Shown here piece after piece: positions 50,453-59,002 of a stretch of DNA of 64,000 nucleotides. The notes under the pieces were generated by a model. That model saw only the letters and a program-made list of their open reading frames with translations. It was not told the DNA's origin and did no database searches. Each line of letters starts with the position of its first letter. Within the stretch, counting starts at the first letter, position 1. The stretch is from Savitreella phatthalungensis. Taxonomy: Eukaryota. Location of the stretch: positions 496,001-560,000 of the forward strand of contig AP039696.1 of the NCBI GenBank assembly GCA_051599415.1, in the 5' to 3' direction. Both the position numbers and the translations under genes were made by a program.

Positions 50453-53400
50453 TTACTTTGCTGCAGATCCACGGCCTCCGAGACGAGCAAAGCGTTCTTT
50501 TGTCTCCTGGTCAAGGCTCATTTGCGGAAGTACAAGCTTTGCCTTCCGTCGAGGCGCATCCAAGAAATTTACAGCGACCAGGAACGACAGTGCTTTGCTC
50601 ATCTCCTCGGCTAAGAAGCCCGCGCCTGCCGTTTTGTCCTGCCCTGTCCATTCAGCTGCTGCATCGATTCTGAGCGCCTCGACCGCGTTTCTATCATCAA
50701 GCTCGGGAGCTTTGGTGGAAGATGGTAAGTCCTCAGTTACGAAATGCAGCAAAGGTAAGAGGGCATTTTCACCTGTGCGTGAGACTTCCCGCTCTAATGC
50801 AACCTTCCACGGAACGTAATCACTCCGCTGCACATCGAAGCCAAAATCAGCTAGAAGTCCGAGGAAGTCGACAAAGCGCGATCGTGGATGTCCTGTGACC
50901 TGAGCAACGGATAGAAGGGCTTCCGATGGCGGGTGCAGGGCACAGGCGACAGTCACACGTGCCACATGATCTACTGGCACCATGTTGACGTTGTTGTGGA
51001 TGTCTGGGAAGCTGCCAATCTGTGTACAGCCTTTGATCAGGCGGATGATGAAGTCATCAGTGTTGACGACACCCGACCGTGAGTCCGAGACGATGTAACC
51101 GGGACGGACAACAGTTCCGCGCAGTCCGCGGCGGCCTGCCTCTCGTGCAATGAATTCGCCCGCCCACTTGCTCTGTCCATAGCCGGTACCGAGTCCAGTG
51201 CGCGAACCGGCGAGGTCATCAGACTCTGAGACTCCAGACTCTCCAGCGTTGACGAGCCGATCAGATTCACGCACGAAATGCTCCGTGTCGAGTACCGAAG
51301 TTGAAGAAACGAAGGTGAAGACCTTCGCTTTCCCCTCCGCACACAATTGGAGGGTGGACATCGTGCCTAGCACATTCGCAGGACGCAGTTGAGCGTATGG
51401 GAAGACCCAGTGAACAAGCGCGCCGTTGTGGATGACAATGTCGACCTCAGAAGCAAGCCTCGTCCAGTCGGCGGGCGTCAAACCGAGTCTATCCGCTGAC
51501 AGATCTCCGCAGACGATATCGATTCGTGACTCCCAGTCTTCTTTCCACACGCCGTAATTCGTCAGATTATCACGAATCCTGATCATCCCCGCCGAAGATT
51601 CTTTTGCCCGGACATGGACCACGAGTCTCGCTGTCTGGCGACGTTCAAGCAGGTCGCGCATGAGGAATGCCCCCAAGAATCCCGTAGCGCCAGTCAGGAA
51701 GATAGTAAGTCTATCCTGTGCGGAAAAGGGCTCGCGGGTCTCGAAAGACTTCGCTAAAACAGATCTGCAGAGCTCCTCGGCATCGTCTGCATAGGCGGGC
51801 TCGCACGAGACGATCGGCTGGGCGGCGGTGTCTGCAGTCTCTCCCTGTCGCAGTTTATCAATCTCGTCTGACAGCTGACCAAGTGTAGGCGTCGCGAAGA
51901 TAAGGCCCAAAGGAATATTGTCGAGGACGAAAGCAGCACGGAGTTTAAAAATAAGCTTCGTAGCGAGAATGGAGTGACCACCCAGATCGAAGAAGTTGTC
52001 ACTCAGCGAAAGGTCAGCCGGTGCCGCGGGCAACACATCTCGCCAGACCTCGACCATCTTACGTTGTGTACCATTTAGTTGAGATGCACTACCCCGACGA
52101 CCCCGAGATACAGCCGCCAGCTGAGCCGTGTCGGGATATGGCAACCTGGGCTTGTCGATTTTGCCGTTGGGGTTCAAAGGCATCTTGTCCATAGGCACAT
52201 AAACCGATGGCACAGCGTATGTTGCTAATTTGGTTTTGAGATATGCGCGAATATCGTCAACGAGCGGTCGATAGCGCTGCATGCGTTGCACAAGAAGGTC
52301 TGCATATTGGTTTGCGAGGACATCAGCGGTCGCTTGTACAATCGCCTCGTGCTCTGCGGAGTGTATGCGCTGTTCGAGCGCTTCAATCGCTTCACCCTGG
52401 TGAATTTCCACCTTGCGTACAAGCACGGGCTCGCCCATGTCCACCTCGGCGGTCACCCAGTGAATCATAATTCCGGTGCACTCGATCAACCCTTGTTGGA
52501 AAGCTTCAAATGCGCGTTCGATCGCTTTCGCTCCGTTGAATTGACCCGGAAGCGCCGGATGCAAGTTTATAATGCCGACCGAGGCAGCTTCGAGCGGCTC
52601 GAGGAATTGCGTGGACAGGATGTGCATGAATCCAGCGCACACGACCAGATCAGGCTTGCCATCCTCGAGTACAAGTTTTGCGAGCTCAATGTCGTATCTC
52701 TCCCTAGAGTCACCAAATTGCTTGCGCGACTTCGCCAATGACCAGACTTTCGTGCGGATGCCTGCCTGCTCTGCACGCTGCAGTCCAAAAGCGTCCTTGC
52801 GATTGGAAATCACTGTAGTGATTTCAGCCTTACCCGCTAGAATTCCAGACTTGGTCGCATCGATCAGCGCCTGAAGATTTGACCCGCTGCCACTGATCAG
52901 AACGGTAAGCCTTTTCAGTGGCGTCGCTCGCAAGAGATTTTCGAGTTCAGGCTTCTGATCTGGAACAAAGTACGACACGAGCGTAGGCTCCTCGTCTTTG
53001 TTGCGGCGCAGCAGTGTCACATTTTCGCGGACCAGAGGATGGCGCGAAAGATGAGTATCGATCTCGCCTAGCTCAATTCGGAAGCCACGGATCTTGACCT
53101 GGTCGTCGGCACGACCGCTGCACTCCACGTTGCCGTCCGGTAGGTATCGGCCGAGATCACCGCTTCGGTAGAGCCTGTCACGCGCGCCTCGCCATGCTCC
53201 TGCACCGTCGTAGATGAGCGATGACCAGGTTGAGTCATTCACGAACCAGGATTGCACAAACTTCTGAGCAGTCATTTCGGGCAAGCTTAAATATCCCTCA
53301 GCCAGTCCGCCAGCTCGGACGAAGATTTCGCCTATCTCGCCGACTCCACATACTCTGCGCGAACCATCCCGTGAAACGACGAGCAGTTGTACGTCCTTCA

Positions 53401-55114
53401 TCCCTTGACCGGCGGGCATGATGTCCTTGCACGATGCCAGGAAATTAGGGTCTCTAGCCACGGCCGGTATGCGATAGAATGAAACTGAGCGCTGAGTTTC
53501 CGTCGTGCCATACATATTGATGATGTCGACGTTTCGTCCAAGACTTTGTAAGCGATTGACGTCTCGTTTTGTCAGGACATCACCAACGAAGAAGGCATTG
53601 CGGAGACTGTCGATTTGTACATCACCGGCAACTTGGGACGACAGTAATTGGCCCATAGCAGGTGTGAGATGTGTCACTGTAACTTTCTTCTTAGCGCACC
53701 ATTCTGCCAAACGACCAGGTGTTCCGATGTCTTCTGCCGTCGGCACAACAAGGGTAGCACCAAGGAAGAGCGGAGTGAAGATATCGCGTTGAATAGGATC
53801 GTGAGCGATGCCAGAGAGCATGGTGAAGCGATCGGCAGCGGAAAGTCCGAAGTGTTCGGCCATCCATGGAAAGTAGTAAGTGAGGGAAAAGTGCCGTCCG
53901 CGCACCCCTTTCGGTACGCCCTCGCTGCCGGATGTGAACGAGAGTGTGGGAATGTCATCAGGCCCGATGTCAACGGCGGATCTATCAGATGAGATCTGTT
54001 CTGGCAGACCGCGGAGCCGTGTACCGTCATCTTCAATACGCAAGGCAGGCAGTTTCACCGTGAGTGGATCCAAATTGCTCGCGATCCAGTCTGTGACATG
54101 CTCATCGAGCGTCCCAGCACGCTCAAGCACGATCAAACCGCGCGGCCTGGCGACAGATAAGTAGATACACTGTCGCTCTGGCGGATATGCAGGATCAATC
54201 ACTGAAAATGTCGCTCCGGCTTTGAGAATGCCCATAACGGCGATGACGAGATCGACGCCTCTAAAGGCATAGATTACCACGACATCGCCCTTGACAATAC
54301 CCTGCTGTATCAAATGGTTGGCGAGCTCATTTGAACGTTTGTGAATGTGGTCATATGAGAAGGTGAGCTCTCCGCCGGAGGCTGTCGAGACGACGACGCA
54401 TGGCCGTTCAGGTTGCGCTATTGCATTTTCTGCGAAAATTGTTGAGATTGGTCCGACGAAACTGTTCCAGTGTAGATCGCGCGTAGGATCGGGCAAGATT
54501 GAGCGCTGTGTCTCCTCGATGAGGTTGATGGCTCCAACGCTGACCGCAGTGCTCCGACCGAATGAGACGATGCTGATCAGCTGTTTCGCGATGATGCGTA
54601 TCCGTTGCGATGAGAACAGCAGGGAGTTATAAGAGATTGCGAGACTGTCACGAAAGTGGAACAGTGTCAAGTCGACGTCGAGATCGGACGAACCAAGTAG
54701 ACCTTCCGCGGTTTCGGTGCCTCCTAGATAACGGAGATGATAGAGTGGAGCAGTATCTGAGCCGGAGCCGAGCAGCTTGAGCACATCGTCGATTGGAATC
54801 CATGCAGCCACGCTGGCGCTGCATGCTTCCGTCACGCTCTCTACGGCATCTGCAAAAGTGCCGGCAAGATTCAAGTCCTTGACACGCAGTACAAATGGCC
54901 GCCCACGATCATCCTTCGTTCCAACGCTGATGTCAGTGTCGCCTGTCAACTTGCTCGCCAGGATGATGAAGGCGGTCAGGAGATCATTTGAGGAAACTCC
55001 AGAATGTGGCTCTTGCAGCACTGACTCCACATTCCTTGGTGGTGACGGTCTGACGAAGTCTGCCGGTAGGTGTGATATCGTCTGATCGGCGAGCGTCTCC
55101 TTCCAGAAGGACAT
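50453..55114 (-). CDS. LYS2: L-alpha-aminoadipate reductase (A-T-R) carrying an in-frame inserted phosphoribosylglycinamide formyltransferase domain
   Basis: Lys2 motifs 'LPDPTRDLHW', 'TLSFTSGSEGVPKGVRGRHFSL', 'MLSGIAHDPIQRDIFTPLFLGA', 'NMYGTTETQR', 'YRSGDLGRY', 'GRADDQVKIRGFRIELGEID', 'NPNGKIDK'; PCP 'FFDLGGHSIL'; reductase 'LTGATGFLG' and 'YGQSKW'. First in-frame ATG at 55114. Confidence 0.96.
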   Translation of the reverse strand: MSFWKETLADQTISHLPADFVRPSPPRNVESVLQEPHSGVSSNDLLTAFIILASKLTGDTDISVGTKDDRGRPFVLRVKDLNLAGTFADAVESVTEACSASVAAWIPIDDVLKLLGSGSDTAPLYHLRYLGGTETAEGLLGSSDLDVDLTLFHFRDSLAISYNSLLFSSQRIRIIAKQLISIVSFGRSTAVSVGAINLIEETQRSILPDPTRDLHWNSFVGPISTIFAENAIAQPERPCVVVSTASGGELTFSYDHIHKRSNELANHLIQQGIVKGDVVVIYAFRGVDLVIAVMGILKAGATFSVIDPAYPPERQCIYLSVARPRGLIVLERAGTLDEHVTDWIASNLDPLTVKLPALRIEDDGTRLRGLPEQISSDRSAVDIGPDDIPTLSFTSGSEGVPKGVRGRHFSLTYYFPWMAEHFGLSAADRFTMLSGIAHDPIQRDIFTPLFLGATLVVPTAEDIGTPGRLAEWCAKKKVTVTHLTPAMGQLLSSQVAGDVQIDSLRNAFFVGDVLTKRDVNRLQSLGRNVDIINMYGTTETQRSVSFYRIPAVARDPNFLASCKDIMPAGQGMKDVQLLVVSRDGSRRVCGVGEIGEIFVRAGGLAEGYLSLPEMTAQKFVQSWFVNDSTWSSLIYDGAGAWRGARDRLYRSGDLGRYLPDGNVECSGRADDQVKIRGFRIELGEIDTHLSRHPLVRENVTLLRRNKDEEPTLVSYFVPDQKPELENLLRATPLKRLTVLISGSGSNLQALIDATKSGILAGKAEITTVISNRKDAFGLQRAEQAGIRTKVWSLAKSRKQFGDSRERYDIELAKLVLEDGKPDLVVCAGFMHILSTQFLEPLEAASVGIINLHPALPGQFNGAKAIERAFEAFQQGLIECTGIMIHWVTAEVDMGEPVLVRKVEIHQGEAIEALEQRIHSAEHEAIVQATADVLANQYADLLVQRMQRYRPLVDDIRAYLKTKLATYAVPSVYVPMDKMPLNPNGKIDKPRLPYPDTAQLAAVSRGRRGSASQLNGTQRKMVEVWRDVLPAAPADLSLSDNFFDLGGHSILATKLIFKLRAAFVLDNIPLGLIFATPTLGQLSDEIDKLRQGETADTAAQPIVSCEPAYADDAEELCRSVLAKSFETREPFSAQDRLTIFLTGATGFLGAFLMRDLLERRQTARLVVHVRAKESSAGMIRIRDNLTNYGVWKEDWESRIDIVCGDLSADRLGLTPADWTRLASEVDIVIHNGALVHWVFPYAQLRPANVLGTMSTLQLCAEGKAKVFTFVSSTSVLDTEHFVRESDRLVNAGESGVSESDDLAGSRTGLGTGYGQSKWAGEFIAREAGRRGLRGTVVRPGYIVSDSRSGVVNTDDFIIRLIKGCTQIGSFPDIHNNVNMVPVDHVARVTVACALHPPSEALLSVAQVTGHPRSRFVDFLGLLADFGFDVQRSDYVPWKVALEREVSRTGENALLPLLHFVTEDLPSSTKAPELDDRNAVEALRIDAAAEWTGQDKTAGAGFLAEEMSKALSFLVAVNFLDAPRRKAKLVLPQMSLDQETKERFARLGGRGSAAK
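52312..52918 (-). other. GAR transformylase (PurN/Ade8) domain nested within Lys2
   Basis: 'KRLTVLISGSGSNLQALIDA', 'VISNRKDAFGLQRAEQAGI', 'RERYD..LA', 'PDLVVCAGFMHILS', 'IINLHPALPGQFNG..AIERA', 'TGIMIHWVTAEVDMGEP', 'LEQRIHSAEH'. Boundaries approximate. Confidence 0.93.
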
Positions 55115-55571
55115 GCCTGGCGTTAAGGATCTTTTCCCAAGACCCTTCAACTCTAAGACAACAGGATCAAGTGTGAGCAACTTTTTTGTGAGTGTTTAAC
55201 GCATATATGCACATGCATATATCGATGAAGTGGTACTTGTCGATCAATCATGATGCACGGGACTGTACTGCCTGAGAAGCCAACGGCCTGAGCATAGCTA
55301 TCATGATCGAATGCATATGCAGTTGGTCATTAAAAAGTATATCAAATAATGCATAGATAAATTTGATTTCAATTTTTATATCTGTGTCAACCGCAAACGG
55401 CCTCGTGCAAACCACAGCTGCAGATGAACTGCTGACTATGCATATTGACAGTTCGTAGCGGGCGTTATGAATTGTACCGCAATGTGAGGATGCACGCAAC
55501 ATACTATATACTAATTTATATAGCATGAAAAGGTGGGAGGACGCACTTCGACGGCCGTAGTGTGATAGCCA

Positions 55572-56309
55572 ATGGCCATGCCTCCAGCGGCTATGCCGGC
55601 AGGCTTCAATATGGAGGCTAATCCAACAGAGGATACAGAATGGAACGATGTCTTGCGGCAACATGGAATCCTGCCAGCTAAGGCGCCCGATACTTCAGCC
55701 CAGACGGAGGAGTTGCTCGAAGAGGCGCGCAAGCTACAGCACGAGCAGCGATTGGATGATTTGGAAATGGACGAGCTCGACGAGCTGGAAGACGACGAGG
55801 ATAGCGAGGTTGTGCAGCAGTACCGACACCGGCGATTGGCAGAAATGCAAGAGACCGCGCGGCGGAAGAAGTTTGATTCATTGCTGCCACTTTCAAAGGC
55901 AGATTACACGCGTGAGGTCAATGAAGCCTCCCACGATTGCTGGGTGTTTGTCCTACTCTACAAGGATTCCCTCGTCGCCTCCAAGCGTGTGCGAGCCGTG
56001 ATGACGGAGTTTGCTCGTCGGTACGGAGAGATCAAATGTCTTGCCATTGTGGCCGACCGCGCGATTGAAAATTATCCAGACGCCGCAGTACCTACTGTAC
56101 TGTGCTATCGAGACGGTGACATGCGAGAACAATTTGTTGGGCTCAGAGAGACCACGATGATTCAGGATATCGAGCGCATCGCGGTCTCACTGCAGGCGCT
56201 GTCAGAGGACGATGTACGACGCAATCGCAAGCGTCAGGGCTTGTCATCGATGCAGAGCAATCCTAATGAGCATGATGATAACGACAACGATTCGGACTGG
56301 GACTCATAG
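55572..56309 (+). CDS. PLP2: Phosducin-like protein Plp2/PDCL3
   Basis: 'NPTEDTEWNDVLRQHGILP', 'DELDELEDDED', 'YRHRRLAEM', 'DYTREVNEAS', 'IENYPD..VPTVL.YR.G'; acidic tail. Confidence 0.92.
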   Translation: MAMPPAAMPAGFNMEANPTEDTEWNDVLRQHGILPAKAPDTSAQTEELLEEARKLQHEQRLDDLEMDELDELEDDEDSEVVQQYRHRRLAEMQETARRKKFDSLLPLSKADYTREVNEASHDCWVFVLLYKDSLVASKRVRAVMTEFARRYGEIKCLAIVADRAIENYPDAAVPTVLCYRDGDMREQFVGLRETTMIQDIERIAVSLQALSEDDVRRNRKRQGLSSMQSNPNEHDDNDNDSDWDS

Positions 56310-56362
56310 TCTAGCTAATTCATTATCATGACATTCGTGACGTGATCCACACTCGATGGAAT

Positions 56363-57568
56363 CTAAGGTTTGCCCATGGTCTCTGCATCTGCAAGATTGC
56401 GCTCTTCAGCTTCCTGCTTCGCATCGCGGACTTTTGCTTTGACGACCTCTGCAAAAACGGCAGAATTCGATCTGAAGCGACGACCTTGACTGGAAAGACG
56501 GCGTTCGCCATCGGGCGATGAACCGCCATCGATGGTATCTGGGACGGCGAGCGAGCCACTTGTGCTTGACTTCCGAGAACCGTTTGCCACGCCGGCCTCC
56601 TCGTCGTCGCTCGAAACCTCGAGCGCTTTGAGTCTGTTTGCAAGCTTGACCATCTCCACAGCTCTGCGGAACTTGCGCCGTGCATTGAAGCCTTTGCTCA
56701 CCTGTGGCAGCAGATCGGACTGCTTTGCAGTCTTGCCGGTGATCCACACATCTGCCAAGGCGGCGGCTGATGTGGGACGCTTCTCTGGGCTCGGGTTCAA
56801 GAGGGAGAGAATGAACAGCTTTGCTTCTTCAGACACATCTCGCCAGTATTTCTCGTGAAAGACGATTTCAGCACGAATGGTCTCAGCAATTAGCTCATCG
56901 CGTTCTTCGCTGCGGAAGGGCGAGTAGCCACATAAAATCGTGTAAGTGACCACACCGAGCGACCAAAGATCCGCCGGGAACGAGTGCCCTTTGCGCTCGA
57001 GTATCTCTGGGGCAGCATAGCCGTAGGAGCCTGCCATGCTGCGCAACGCGACACCGTCAGGAGCGACGACTTTTGCGATGCCAAAATCTGCCAGTACAAG
57101 TTGCGAGTCTTGCTCCGGCGTCATGTAAAGCAAATTTTCCGGTTTGAGATCGCGATGCACAATGTTGCGCTCGTGCAAGTACTTCAAGGCTTCGAGCACC
57201 TGTCTGATGATTGTGACGGCATCACTCTCAGTAAACTTGCCCAGTTGGCAAATTCGGTCAAAGAGCTCGCCGCCCGTAGCGAGCGTCGTGGTGACGTAAA
57301 ACTTTGTGTTTGATTCGAAGTGCTCCTTCAGATGAATGATATGCGGATGATCCAAGCCTTCCAACATCTGGATTTCATCAAAAACCATGTCCTCATGACC
57401 CTTCACGGTCTTCTTGGTGATGATCTTGACCGCGACTTGCCCAAATTTGTCATGCACTGCCTGCCTTACGACGCCGTAGGTACCAGCCCCCAGTGTTCGC
57501 CCGAAAGTGTAGTGCTTCTTCTTTTCGTATGACGGCGGTTGCCCCTGCAGCACACTGAAAAGTCCCAT
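56363..57568 (-). CDS. Calcium/calmodulin-dependent protein kinase (Cmk type)
   Basis: 'LGAGTYGVV', VAVK, 'GGELFDRI', 'HRDLKPENLL', DFG, 'GSYGYAAPE'; CaM-binding-like 'FNARRKFRRAV'. Confidence 0.95.
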   Translation of the reverse strand: MGLFSVLQGQPPSYEKKKHYTFGRTLGAGTYGVVRQAVHDKFGQVAVKIITKKTVKGHEDMVFDEIQMLEGLDHPHIIHLKEHFESNTKFYVTTTLATGGELFDRICQLGKFTESDAVTIIRQVLEALKYLHERNIVHRDLKPENLLYMTPEQDSQLVLADFGIAKVVAPDGVALRSMAGSYGYAAPEILERKGHSFPADLWSLGVVTYTILCGYSPFRSEERDELIAETIRAEIVFHEKYWRDVSEEAKLFILSLLNPSPEKRPTSAAALADVWITGKTAKQSDLLPQVSKGFNARRKFRRAVEMVKLANRLKALEVSSDDEEAGVANGSRKSSTSGSLAVPDTIDGGSSPDGERRLSSQGRRFRSNSAVFAEVVKAKVRDAKQEAEERNLADAETMGKP

Positions 57569-59002
57569 ATCGAAGAGACTCGTCTGTGCAACCTCTGTAT
57601 CTCCAATTATGAAGCTGTTGCTCCACGGGTGGCCGCGTTGCAGAGGGTCTGCTGGCTCTTCTGAAGCTGTTAAGACAAGAGGGCGCTAGACACGATCACG
57701 TTTTTGAGGCGATGATGTGGAATGTGTCGAGGTTTCTCTAAATAGTTCTTCTTGAGACACTCTTGCGTTGTTTCGAACTGGGTGGTTCTACGCTAAAGCC
57801 GCTCCACAAATTGAAATCTCAGAAACACGCTTGCACATGCGCTCACTGGCACGTCTACCGCTAATGCAAGTTTGCCTATGTCAATTCAATACAGCCAACA
57901 CTGCAAGCAGCGATAGCTGACAGCCCGTTCACTCGGTCGCCCGTATGACTGCATCCTGAAAGCAACGACTGAACTAGCACATGTGGATTGGTCGCTTTCT
58001 AAGCCTCAGGCTCATGCGCAGTAACAAAGCACAGCACTGTACAGCAAAGCACGTCTGGGCTCACATTCCAAGATTCAAATTGATTTGCCTAGTATCACAA
58101 GCCACGTCCAAGCTCAAGATTTTTTGGTAATTGGCGCTTGCGTGATCAATTAGGCATCGATCCACTCCTGACGCCTTATTCTGTGAGGCGATTTCGGGAA
58201 CCTTTGAACGATGAAACACGCTGCGCCTCAAAATCATCTCAATCTGGCAACATGCAGTAGCAATTCGTCCATCGAGAGTTCCGATCAACATGAGTCTATC
58301 CGCCGACTCAGCACTCAACTCAAGAGTGTAGATTTTCAAATGCAGAGGCCGAGTGATTGTCACACGTACATACTGGTGGATATGTCCTGCGATCTGAATG
58401 CGTGGCATGTACGCATGTTGACTGAGCGTCGTGAGACTACCAAATTGTATCATGCGATGCAGCATCAAACGTTCCAGCGAACGATTCGATGTACAATTAG
58501 ACATGGGCATCCTGACCTGCAAAGTGGAGCCTTGGTAGCGATTTGACCTCAGGTGACCTTAGATGAACGGGCTGAGCGGCCACTGCATACTCAAACGCAG
58601 AATCTGCTTAATCTCTTGGCGAGATCGCCCGCCAAGATCTGCAAGCATCGCATGTATAAACTGTGCATATATTAGTAGATTTCGTTCGAAAATTCCCTAT
58701 AGCTGAGAAACACGTGCGAGATTGTCGCGACCCAGAGTCGCTCGACCTATACACCCAGTTAGCTGTATCTCTTGTGCACAATTTCGGCAAGGCAAGGAAA
58801 CTCAATGGTGATCATGATCAATCTCCCTTTACGGAGATGCACGTATGCAGTGCCTGACAAACGTACTCCAGGCTTGGTGCAGGTGTGCCTGACAACAAGG
58901 TCGTTGTGATATTTGGTGCTCCATCACTTCCCTCGTCTCGTGAAACGCCGTTTTTCGATACAAGCTTCCACTTGCAGTGTATTGCACACCTTATTTCCAG
59001 GG

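Noticed and set aside
52312..52918. Insert in LYS2 as an intein, intron or mobile element
   Set aside because: No intein terminal residues (N-terminal Cys/Ser with a His-Asn end) or endonuclease motifs, no splice signals that would remove it cleanly, and no terminal repeats noticed; it reads as a full PurN fold.
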